Shown: positions 9,398 through 18,500 of the stretch, piece after piece
Layout: every line of letters begins with the position of its first letter
Numbering within the stretch: the first letter of the stretch is position 1
Source: a virus
Taxonomy: Duplodnaviria; Caudoviricetes
DNA length: 58,353 nt
Virus record (IMG/VR): IMGVR_UViG_3300032245_000439
Coordinates: 1-58,353 of that record
Direction: 5' to 3' (one strand)
The notes under the pieces: model-generated
What the model saw: only the letters and a program-made list of their open reading frames with translations
What the model was told of the DNA's origin: nothing
Databases searched by the model: none
Program-made: the position numbers and the translations under genes

Positions 9398-10303
9398 TTA
9401 GGTCGGGATAGCGCCGTAGATCGAACGCCAGTTGTAGTAGCCGAAGCTGTAACGCTCGTAGCCCTTGACGAGGAGGTTATCTGTAGTGAAATCGACTTGA
9501 AGGTCGGTTTCAAACTTGATGCGCTCCATGTACGACAGACCGTCGATGTTCGTGAGCAAGAACCACGCACGAGCATTGGTGAGGTAGTCGTTGACCATGT
9601 AACCTTCAGGCAAGCCGCCTGCGGTTGACATAATCGCATTGACGTCATTGTCTGCTGTGCCGGGGCGCAGTTCAGTCTTCGTCAGACGGATAGCGACAGG
9701 CTCAAGAGCAGGCGGGATGATCAAGCGACGGCCGCGAGCAAACACCTTGAGGCCAGCCTGATCTTTGAAGTTCGTGCGGATTGCGATCATCGCATTCAGC
9801 AGCGTGCTTTCGTTCAGGTCGTTCGTGGTGTAGTTCGAGATCACGCCACCGTCGATCGGGTGCGAGGCCGAAACGAGAGCCACGCCGTCACCACCAACAG
9901 CCGCATTGTATGTGGTTGCTGTGTTGAGGACGTTAGCGCCGTAGATTTCCTTGGTCTGAGCGAAAGACATCGTCAGGCCGAGGTTCGACGGAGCGAACTG
10001 GCTCTTGTAGAGGTTGTCGTCGATCGCCTTACGAGTGATCGCGTAACCCAAGCCGATTTCGACGTGCTCCTGATTGTAGACAAAACGCTCACCAGCAGCG
10101 TTATCAAACGCAGTCTGGCCGCCTTCAGTCTTCAACTGAGCGTAGCCAAGGAAGCGCATCTCAGCGGTGCGTTCCAGAGCCATTTTCGAGTCGTGCTTCG
10201 TGAAGATCTTGTCGTATTGCGACGGGATCTGTTCGTACTGACCTTCAACCCCACGGAGGCCGGGGAGGAGAAGGTCTTTAATGGCAGAAAGATTAACAGC
10301 CAT
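9398..10303 (-). CDS. Major capsid protein (Mu gpT-like, HK97 fold)
   Basis: 301 aa; KDLLLPGL, GDGVAL.SASHP, LIIPPALE, YLT...AWFLLT and ERYSFG..NWRSIYG motifs; strong SD; followed by a terminator. Confidence 0.9.
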   Translation of the reverse strand: MAVNLSAIKDLLLPGLRGVEGQYEQIPSQYDKIFTKHDSKMALERTAEMRFLGYAQLKTEGGQTAFDNAAGERFVYNQEHVEIGLGYAITRKAIDDNLYKSQFAPSNLGLTMSFAQTKEIYGANVLNTATTYNAAVGGDGVALVSASHPIDGGVISNYTTNDLNESTLLNAMIAIRTNFKDQAGLKVFARGRRLIIPPALEPVAIRLTKTELRPGTADNDVNAIMSTAGGLPEGYMVNDYLTNARAWFLLTNIDGLSYMERIKFETDLQVDFTTDNLLVKGYERYSFGYYNWRSIYGAIPT

Positions 10304-10316
10304 AGTGCCTTACTCC

Positions 10317-10910
10317 TTAGATGCCAGTCTGGTTCTTCGTGGTCACGTTATTGAAAGCGACAACAACGTAGTTCGATGTTGCGATTTCAGTACCGTTCGC
10401 GCCCGGAGGCGACGTCACGAGAGAAACAATGCGGAAGGGAAGGGTAGCAGTCGTCGGGCCAACATCAGAGAGAGTTGCCGCCGAGATACCCGTGGAAGTG
10501 TTGCCCGAGCCAATGGTGTAACCAGCGGTTGCACCAACGTCAGCCTGAACAATGCCACCCGAGATCGAGGACACGGCCTGAACGACGAACTTAGCGTTCG
10601 GGTCGTTGCAGACGTAGCCGATGATCGTGCCAGTGGCCGGATCAGTGCCGCCCGGATAGTAGTTGGACCAGACTGTGCGCTTCTGCGAAGTGGACAGATA
10701 CTGGCAGCCCATGAAGATGCCAGCAATGCCAGCAGCCGCAGTCGTGCCGTCGCCCTGTGTGATTGTGCCGTCGTTGACGGGTTCCACGGGGTCGCCGAAG
10801 AAAATGTTCGTCGAGTTGTAAGCAATGGATGCCGCAACCTGTTCATAGGTCGGGGCAGAACCTGTGCCTTGATACTGACGGAAACCGAAAGGCGCATTGG
10901 TGTTCGCCAT
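10317..10910 (-). CDS. Putative capsid-associated (cement/decoration) protein
   Basis: 197 aa; MANTNAPFGFR, IFFGDPV, GIFMGCQY and DPNAKFVVQ motifs; directly upstream of the MCP. Confidence 0.75.
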   Translation of the reverse strand: MANTNAPFGFRQYQGTGSAPTYEQVAASIAYNSTNIFFGDPVEPVNDGTITQGDGTTAAAGIAGIFMGCQYLSTSQKRTVWSNYYPGGTDPATGTIIGYVCNDPNAKFVVQAVSSISGGIVQADVGATAGYTIGSGNTSTGISAATLSDVGPTTATLPFRIVSLVTSPPGANGTEIATSNYVVVAFNNVTTKNQTGI

Positions 10911-10943
10911 GACGGATCCTCCTTTTTACGGGAAGTCCCAATC

Positions 10944-11002
10944 ATGCCACACCGGGGGCACTAGGAACCGGAAGTAGTGAAGCCTCCACGCCGGGGGAAG
11001 CC
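10944..11002 (-). promoter_or_regulatory. Twin stem-loops with near-identical loops in the capsid operon leader
   Basis: GGCTTCC-[CCCGGCGT]-GGAGGCT and GTGCC-[CCCGGTGT]-GGCAT on the minus strand. Confidence 0.5.
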
Positions 11003-11050
11003 AAAGCGAACAAATGTCGCTTATGCGGTCATACTACAACCAAACGTGTA

Positions 11051-11080
11051 AAAAAGTAAAGGGGCGCACGAATGCGCCCC
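11051..11080 (-). terminator. Intrinsic terminator
   Basis: GGGGCGCA-TTCG-TGCGCCCC followed by TTTACTTTTT on the minus strand. Confidence 0.8.
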
Positions 11081-11088
11081 TAATTTGC

Positions 11089-11655
11089 TTACAGATCCTC
11101 AGGGATCGGCATGTCGAAGGACTTCTTGATGTTCGGGCGAACGCGCGGATCGGCGTCGCGAGAAAGCGTGCCTTCCGGTGTGCCTGCAATCTGAGCTTCC
11201 TTGATGCGGACCTGCGCACGGGCGCGCTTCAGCTCGATGTTGCGGATTTCGTCCGAGATTTCCTTCGGACGTTCCATCAAGATCATGCCTTTGCGCTCGA
11301 TCGTGTTGCCCGACCAGTTCTTCGGCATCATGGCCTGATGCGTGCTGTCGCGATTGAGCGGGACTTCTTCCCAGCCGTCGCGAGCAAGCTGAACGGTGTA
11401 GGCAGGATCTTCTTGGTTCCAGATCGTGCGGCGCTTCCACTCGTAGGTCCAGCCATCTGGCACCATGCTCGGCGGAATATAGAACTCGTCGGTGCCCTCA
11501 TCGAGGTCGCCAACGTGTTCACGGAGCTGGGCGGCACGAGCCGCCGCACGGGCGCGGGGATCATCTTCACGCATAGCGGGCCTCATTGATGGACGTTCGA
11601 CTGTTTCTGCTTTTGTGGCCTTATCAGCCACGGCTTTCTGAAATTTGCTGACCAT
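11089..11655 (-). CDS. Conserved head-operon protein
   Basis: 188 aa; PDGWTYEWKR, ARDGWEEVP and GMILMERP motifs; lies between scaffold and capsid genes. Confidence 0.75.
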   Translation of the reverse strand: MVSKFQKAVADKATKAETVERPSMRPAMREDDPRARAAARAAQLREHVGDLDEGTDEFYIPPSMVPDGWTYEWKRRTIWNQEDPAYTVQLARDGWEEVPLNRDSTHQAMMPKNWSGNTIERKGMILMERPKEISDEIRNIELKRARAQVRIKEAQIAGTPEGTLSRDADPRVRPNIKKSFDMPIPEDL

Positions 11656-11668
11656 AAGTCATCTCCGA

Positions 11669-12556
11669 TTAGTTGAGGCGGCCTTCCTTCTGAAGGAGCA
11701 GCTTGTTACGGGCATAGTCTTCCTCGGTCATGCCGAGGTCGCGAGCGGTTTCTGCTTCAGCACGGGTCAGACGAACCACGTTCGGGCGCGAGCCCGTTCC
11801 AGTGCCTGAGCGAGTGACGGGAGCGGCAGGAGGAGCACGGCGCTGTGTAACCTTTGCTGCGCCTGCCATCGGATCTTCAGCCTCGACGGCAACAGGCTTG
11901 CTGATGCGCAGCGTGTCTTCGATCGAAGCAAAATAATCGTCTGTATCGGGCGAATGACCGTCAGCCAAAGCGATGTTATGGGCTGCAACCATTTTTTGAA
12001 ACAGGCGCTGGTCAGTCGCAAAGTTAGGATTGCGACGGATCCACTGTGCAGAGCGGGGCGAAAGCTTTGATGCCATCTCTTCAACAGGGTCATACTGCGT
12101 TTGAACCTGCGGGGCCTCGTACTTGGGCGCAGTTTCCATGTGCTGACGACCACGCTCAAGCTCCATAAGCTTGGCGGAGTTCATGCCCATAGCTTCTTGG
12201 ATCTCGGCAGCCTTTGTATAGTCACCGACAGCCATAGCCTCGCTGTAATTATACTTCAGGACGTCGTTATTGCGCTTAACCGTGTCGATCGCGTTCTTCA
12301 CGAGCTGCAAATTGGTGTCTTGCACCTCATTTTTAGCCTCAGCGGCCGCCTGAGCGGCCATTTGAGCCTGCTTTTCAGCCTGAATGCGGGCCTGACGCTC
12401 CTGTTCGAGCTTCATTTTGAGGTCATTTATGCCCTCGTCGGCCTCAACTTCATGCTTTTTGTCGTTATTGTCGACTTTTTCGACCTGAATATCGCTTTCA
12501 GGGGTCTTTTTCTCGTCAGTAAGCTCGATTTCGAGCTGTTCGTCGTTGTCTGCCAT
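11669..12556 (-). CDS. Putative scaffolding protein
   Basis: Acidic N-terminus, coiled coil and C-terminal VRLTRAEAETARDLGMTEEDYARNK; head-operon position; start at ATG 12556 after a GAGGAG SD. Confidence 0.7.
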   Translation of the reverse strand: MADNDEQLEIELTDEKKTPESDIQVEKVDNNDKKHEVEADEGINDLKMKLEQERQARIQAEKQAQMAAQAAAEAKNEVQDTNLQLVKNAIDTVKRNNDVLKYNYSEAMAVGDYTKAAEIQEAMGMNSAKLMELERGRQHMETAPKYEAPQVQTQYDPVEEMASKLSPRSAQWIRRNPNFATDQRLFQKMVAAHNIALADGHSPDTDDYFASIEDTLRISKPVAVEAEDPMAGAAKVTQRRAPPAAPVTRSGTGTGSRPNVVRLTRAEAETARDLGMTEEDYARNKLLLQKEGRLN

Positions 12557-12567
12557 GTGATTTCTCC

Positions 12568-12960
12568 TCACCAAACCTGATCGGGATGGCTGATGCGGCC
12601 ACGGATCGACATATCATCAAGCATGCGGCACAGAGTGCCGTTTACAGTGACATTCCAACCGTCGCTGGGACGGAAAACGATCCAGTCGCCTTCCTTAATA
12701 TCAAGGCCAGAGAACCACTTACCCTCATCATCGACGAAAGCGGACGGGCCTTTCTTCACAATCAGGCCGACCTTGGACTGAAAGCGATCTTCGTCGCGGG
12801 TCTTATCCGAAAGGATGATCCCGCTCTTTGTTTTCTCAGGGCGGATGTAGACGGCAACCAGCACCTGCATATTAAAGATCTCGACGCCGCTCAGGTCGCC
12901 GACTTCTTTTATCAAATGCTCGCGCGGGTCCGTATCGTGCGCCATAGCGATGTTAGACAT
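12568..12960 (-). CDS. groES: GroES-like co-chaperonin
   Basis: PEKTKSGIILSD..., GLIVKKGP, IKEGDWIVF and RMLDD.SIRG match the Cpn10 pattern; alternative start at 12969. Confidence 0.85.
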   Translation of the reverse strand: MSNIAMAHDTDPREHLIKEVGDLSGVEIFNMQVLVAVYIRPEKTKSGIILSDKTRDEDRFQSKVGLIVKKGPSAFVDDEGKWFSGLDIKEGDWIVFRPSDGWNVTVNGTLCRMLDDMSIRGRISHPDQVW

Positions 12961-12975
12961 TCCCCTCATACTCCT

Positions 12976-13185
12976 TCAGTTATTGTCGCGGCGCTCAATA
13001 ATAAGCGACGCCTCGTCACACAGCTCGATCGCCATGCGAAGCCCTTTGATTATTCCAACGTGGTAGCGATATGTCTCAAAATCAACAGTCGAGAGGCCTG
13101 TGGAAAGAAGTTCCTTCCGCTCTTCAACCGACTGCTCAATGAGCTTCTTCAGCTCTTTCTCGAATTTCGAGTTGTATGTCAGCAC
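12976..13185 (-). CDS. Conserved small head-operon protein
   Basis: 69 aa with DFETYRYHVGIIKGLRMA; GTG start after a GAGGGG SD. Confidence 0.75.
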   Translation of the reverse strand: MLTYNSKFEKELKKLIEQSVEERKELLSTGLSTVDFETYRYHVGIIKGLRMAIELCDEASLIIERRDNN

Positions 13186-13188
13186 GAG

Positions 13189-13253
13189 TTTCCCCTCTCA
13201 TGTCCCCTCATGTGTAAGGGTGACTGGCACGAGGGGAAAGTGCCAGCCACCCT
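13189..13253 (-). promoter_or_regulatory. Hairpin whose loop is complementary to the downstream SD (H-type pseudoknot)
   Basis: 14-bp stem (13217-13230/13240-13253, one G-U pair); loop UUUCCCCUC perfectly complements GAGGGGAAA at 13189-13197. Confidence 0.6.
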
Positions 13254-13286
13254 CTTATTCACGGCCTGAGTGCGACCGACCGCGAA

Positions 13287-15263
13287 CTACTTGCGCTTCT
13301 GGATCTCAGTCTTCTCAAGACGACCAAGACCAGAGCCAGCGCCCGCATCCATGTCTTTATAAGAACGATAGACGCCGCCGCCAGCCTTACGCTCGCCACG
13401 CTTGGCGATGTCAGTCTTTTGCAAACGACCTTCACCAGAACCCGCGCCAGCCGTCATGTCCTTGTAGGACGAAGCGACCTTGCTGATGCGGCCTCCAGCC
13501 TTGCGGGGCATAGGAGGTGCGCCAGCAGGCATCGAAGGCATTGGCATCGGCATCGGCATAGGAGCCGGAGCCGGAGCGCCGGGGCCAGCAGCCATCGGCA
13601 CAGGAATGCCGCCGCCAGCAGGTCCGCCAGCGTCAGGGCCGCCAGCAGGAGGCATCATGCCCGGCTGCTGAGGCTTCTGGCCTGCGGAGATGACGATGTT
13701 GATGTTCGTCTTGCCCTTGGCCTTGCCGCCCTTGGCGTAGCCTGTCGGCTTTCCGTCACCCATGTTCGGAGCCATAGCAGGCAATTGCATGCCAGACTGT
13801 GCCGCCGGAGGGATCATCTGAGGGGCGTTGCCGCCCATCGCGCCGCCGTAAAACTTGCCGACGCGCTTGACCTTGCCGCCGCTCTTCTTCTTGTCTTTGC
13901 CTTCGTCGTCATCGTTAAAGGCACCGAGAGCCATAGGAATGAGGCCGCCGAGCATGCCGCCGATGTTCTTACCCTTACGGGCTTCTGGCTTCACCATTTT
14001 CTTGATGAGAGCCTTGTCCATCGCCTCGTCAGAGTGCTTGGCTTTTCCGCCGCGCTTAAGATCCATTGTGCCATGTTCGCGGTTGAATGCACCACGACGA
14101 CGGGCCTCTGCTTCAGCAATGTTATGGCTGACGCTGTCATCACCGAGGTCATCACGGCGCTTTGCCATCAGATAGTCGTCCATCGAATAATTGTTGGACG
14201 CGCCACCTTCTTGCTTACCCTTACGAGCCGACGGCTTCACCATTTTCTTGATGAGGGCTTTGTCCATTGCCTCGTCTTCGTGCTTGGCAGCGCCGCCCTT
14301 TTTATAAGGCGAGCCGGAAGCGCCGACGCCGAAGTTGAAGAACTTGTCCTTCACCACGCCCATGCGCGGGTCGGGGCCAGTGCCGCCGCCAGCGGCGTAG
14401 TTCTGAGCCTTGCCGCGTGTCGGCTTGGAAGCAGCATCGCCCTTCTTCTCGATGGCAATCTGCTCTTTGGTCGTCACTGCGGGCTTGCTCTTGTAGTTCT
14501 CGGCGGGGCCGTAGTTGACCTGACCGCCAGCCTTGCGGGCCTTGGTCGTGCCACCCTTCTTGTAGCCACGGGTCTTGAACGCCTCTGCGGCGGCGGCATC
14601 ACGATCGGCTGCGGCGCTGTCGGCGGCAGACTGGTTCATGATCTGCTGCATCTGACGAGCCTGAGCAGGCGTCACGTCGCTGGCCGGAACCTGAGCGGAG
14701 CCCTTGCGGCTGCGCATGACCATTGTGTTGGTCGGGGCGGGCGTCGTGTCCGTGGCAATGATTTCTTCAATCGTGCGGGGACCGCCAGCCTGCTTAGGCT
14801 TGCGCATAGCAGCGCCGCCCTTCTTCATGCCGCCCATCGTAGCGCCCATAGCCTTTTTGATGGTGTCAGCGGGCATGCCGCCAATGGCGTGACCAGCGCG
14901 GCCGCCACGCTTCAGGCCGCCAACGTGCTTGATGCCTTCGCGGCTCTGGTTGGCTTCCTTCTGGTTGCGGTTCATCTTGGCGATGGCAATGTCCTTGGCT
15001 TCCTTCTTGTCGTTGTTTTCGACAAGGCGGCCACCGGACTTGCGGGCCTTGCGGCCAGCGTGCTTGACGCTCGGCTCGCCCGTGACCTTGCCGCCCTTCT
15101 TAAAGGCGCGACGGCTGACGGGGCGCATGCCCGTCTTCACTTCCGCATTCAGCGGCTCGGCAGGCGTCCAGTTTGAACTATCAGTTTTCACATCCTTCTC
15201 TGTGGAAAGGCGCTTGGCCTTCTCACGGAGGGCCGCACGGGCCTTTTTTGACATCTCGCTCAT
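13287..15263 (-). CDS. Large basic low-complexity protein with repeated K/R-x-x-GG motifs (putative internal head protein)
   Basis: 658 aa, K/G/A/M rich; about 18 xxGG motifs and two internal duplications. Confidence 0.8.
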   Translation of the reverse strand: MSEMSKKARAALREKAKRLSTEKDVKTDSSNWTPAEPLNAEVKTGMRPVSRRAFKKGGKVTGEPSVKHAGRKARKSGGRLVENNDKKEAKDIAIAKMNRNQKEANQSREGIKHVGGLKRGGRAGHAIGGMPADTIKKAMGATMGGMKKGGAAMRKPKQAGGPRTIEEIIATDTTPAPTNTMVMRSRKGSAQVPASDVTPAQARQMQQIMNQSAADSAAADRDAAAAEAFKTRGYKKGGTTKARKAGGQVNYGPAENYKSKPAVTTKEQIAIEKKGDAASKPTRGKAQNYAAGGGTGPDPRMGVVKDKFFNFGVGASGSPYKKGGAAKHEDEAMDKALIKKMVKPSARKGKQEGGASNNYSMDDYLMAKRRDDLGDDSVSHNIAEAEARRRGAFNREHGTMDLKRGGKAKHSDEAMDKALIKKMVKPEARKGKNIGGMLGGLIPMALGAFNDDDEGKDKKKSGGKVKRVGKFYGGAMGGNAPQMIPPAAQSGMQLPAMAPNMGDGKPTGYAKGGKAKGKTNINIVISAGQKPQQPGMMPPAGGPDAGGPAGGGIPVPMAAGPGAPAPAPMPMPMPMPSMPAGAPPMPRKAGGRISKVASSYKDMTAGAGSGEGRLQKTDIAKRGERKAGGGVYRSYKDMDAGAGSGLGRLEKTEIQKRK

Positions 15264-15359
15264 TGCCAGCTCCTAGCTAGGTTTTTTCGGGCGTCCCCGT
15301 TGCCTTCCGGCTGGCGCAAATATACACTCAATTCGTAAGTTTTAGAAATGGAGATCGAA

Positions 15360-15533
15360 ATGGATACCGAAGACCAAGCGCACGGGCTGCGCGACGACAT
15401 CCTCGACCAAGTGCTGGCTCTTTACTATCGCATCCAAGCGGCAGAAGGATGGGCCGAGCCGCCGCGAGACGTGGAAGAAATCATGGATGAAATCTTCCGT
15501 CTCGTGACGCTCGGTCTTGGCATCAAGGAATAA
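15360..15533 (+). CDS. Small hypothetical protein antisense to the late operon
   Basis: 57 aa from ATG 15360; ATGGAGATCGAAATG leader shared with early genes; TTGCCT-N17-TACACT at 15300-15328. Confidence 0.6.
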   Translation: MDTEDQAHGLRDDILDQVLALYYRIQAAEGWAEPPRDVEEIMDEIFRLVTLGLGIKE

Positions 15534-18500
15534 GACCGCGCTTCTTTAAATCAAGGAAGGTGCTGATGCGATCGACAACTTCCGGTGTCATGAATGTTGT
15601 CGGCTGATGCATGCGATAAGTATATGCAAGCTGTGAAGGGTTCTCATACTTCTTCGCATCAATAGCCATCATCTTGTCGATCCATTCTTTGTTCATGACA
15701 TTAAACGGAATGTCATACTCAAAGCCGCCAACATAACCGGGGCCTTCACCGCCAAGCTGCACCTTGTATGTTTTGTGCGGCACTGCGGGTTCTTTGATTA
15801 CACGGCCAGAAGGATCAAGCTTCGCGATGGAATGGCCTGCGCTATAATCTTCTGCGTGCAACAAAGCAGGATCAGTGATTGCAAAACGCGCTGCGCCAAC
15901 GTCTGGCATGCCAGCCTTTTGGAACTGGCCCTGCCCCATAAGCTCAGCCATTTTTGTGCGCGACTTAGCAGGGCCTTCGCCATACAAATAATCAACCAAA
16001 GCTTTGCTCTTGAGGCCCGGCCAATCGCTGTAAGCGGCCCACTTATTTGCAGTGTTCTCGCGCATCTGGCGATCAAATTCTGCAATAGTTGCTTTATCAA
16101 CTTTAGCTGATGGCAGAAGCTCGCGCAGCGTGTCAGTCATGTGATGCGAGTAATCGCCGGAGCGGTTGCCCATTGTGACGAAAGACAAATGCGGATCATA
16201 TCCAGCTTCAGCAGCGGCGCGCGTCTTACTAGCAAGCCCAGCGACAACGCCGGGGTCAGAAGCCCACACAGCTTTGTCCGGCCCCTTTGCAGCAGGACCA
16301 AACATGAACGAGTTGCCAGCCTGCATTTCAACAGGATTGGCAAGTTTCGTTTCGTTAACGGCAGTCAGCAAAGAATTACCAGCGGTGCGGTCACCAAGTG
16401 CTGGGATCAAAGCAGCGCGCTCAAGCTCATATGGCTCTATAAACTTACGCTCACCAGCGGGGCCAGTGATCACATGCTCAGCATGCATTTCCCCAAGGGG
16501 GCGAGACAGGACGGTGTTAGAGATTGAATGCCACTTGCGAGGGTCTTTTTCACGACCACCTTGCGGGACAAAGAAGCCATGCTCACCAGCTTGAGACACT
16601 ACGCGCGAACTAGCAGGACGTTCGGCGCGGATCATCTGCAAAACCTGATTGACCATTTTGTTTTTTGCGGCAGCCTCAGCATCTACCGGCGACATCACAG
16701 CGGCAGCAGTTCCAACGCCAGCAGCCTTCGGTGCATATTCGCGTGCAATCTCAAGCGCACGGCGTCCGGCTTCAGCGATTGGCTTACGGCCATAAAACGC
16801 AGCAGGCAGTGCCGCATTGATACCAGCGCCAAGATAGTCACCTTCTTTGAGGCTCTGAGTAAAGTCAGCGGCCTGCAACGGAATGCCAGTCACCATTGGC
16901 AAGTCAGCAACACCAAAGCCAAGCGTGCCGCTGTCAGGCAGGCCCTTTGAGCCGACGAGTGCATCAGCAGCACGGCGGCGCAGTTCTGTCGTGTAAGACG
17001 TGTTGGGGGCGTCGCCCGCAATCATTCCGCCGATCACGTCGCGCGCACCAAGTTCGAGCGGGCGCATAGTTGCTTCGCCTTCGCGAACAGGGTTCTCACG
17101 GAAGCGGCGCACGGCGTTCGCCCAGTTCTCACCCATGACGGCAGGATCCATAGGCGGCTTGTCTTCAAAACTCCCAAGCGTGTCGAGCGCCGCACGAGTG
17201 CGTTGGCGTTGTGTGCCGACTTCCTCGCCATCAGCGTGATGCTCGCGCACGACGCGAAGCGCGTCATCAACTTCGCCGCCGTGCTCGCGCTTCATGCGCG
17301 ACGCCATCTTGGCATCAGCCCACGCGCGCAGGTCGCCAAGCGTCCACTGTGCGTAAGGCTTTCCGTTGAACATGATGTTTGCATTTGGCCCGACGCTCTG
17401 GGGAAAAACGTCGGCCACGCGCGCGTCCTGCGGCAGCGTGTTGGCCTTCACAGCGCCCTGAGCGCCTTGGAACCAGCCAAGATATGCGTTGCCCGGCGTC
17501 GCGGGAATGCCAGCCTTGTTGAGCGTCGGCAGGATCTCTTGATTGAGGTGATAGTCTGCGGCCTGCTGCTGAAGTGCGGCAGTGTCCTTGCCCTTCTTTA
17601 GTGCGACCAGCTCGGCGTCGCTCATGCGGCCGTAAAGCTCAGGGTTCATGCGGCGAAGCGTGTTCGCCCATGTGCTGTCGATGAAACCAAACAGTCCGCC
17701 AGCAGACGACGTCTTGCTCTGCGCGTTCGGGTCGTCAGAGCTTTCCTGACCACGGATGGCAGCAAGCAGAGGCGTGCCGCCAGTCATGCCGCCACCGATC
17801 GGCGCATATGAAGTCACACCGTCAGGCAGGCCAGCGGTGCGACGCGCGTCTTCGGCAGCCTTTTCCTGACGCATGCGCTCGGCGTCGGCGCGGAAGAAGT
17901 CACGCGCCTCGTTCGGGTCACCCCAGTTGATCTTATTCTCGTCTCCGACCAGTTTCTCGCCTGTGGACTGATAGACGGGGCCGCCGTCAGCGAAGCGAAA
18001 CTCTTTGCCACCCATGACGGAGAGGCCGCCCATAGGCGGACGCGAGACGTTGATGTAGCTCTGTCCGTCTTGGTTGCCGCGAGACAAGCCGACGCCGTAG
18101 CCACGCTTGTCACCCTGCTGCATCATTTGCGCAGACAAGTTTGCGCCAAGGATCTCCTTGGCAAGCGACAGCGTGTCGCTCGAATATTTTGACGGAACAT
18201 CAACCGGACGGGACGAGCTATAGTTGACGCGGAAGCCCTCTGGCAGCGCCGCGCTGGCTTGATAGCCGACGATTGGCTTTTCGTAGTCCTTCACACCGAC
18301 AAGCAACGGACCAGCCGACACACGGCCAACGTCGAGTGTTGGCGCGAATGCGGCCGTGGTAAGTTCACCAAGCTCGCGCTTGCCCTCACCACCTGCGGAG
18401 ATGCCTGCATCTTGCGGCAGCATGGGGCGACGCACGCCCTCGAATATCTGACGCGGATCCCACTTGGGGTCCGCCATGCGCTCAGGGCTGACGAACTGGA

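Noticed and set aside
13419-15176. 585-aa plus-strand ORF and many other long antisense ORFs (e.g. 37028-38173, 35864-36817, 44807-45781, 50022-50930)
   Set aside because: Shadow frames of GC-rich genes on the opposite strand; no recognisable motifs or RBS, and fully overlapped by well-supported CDSs.
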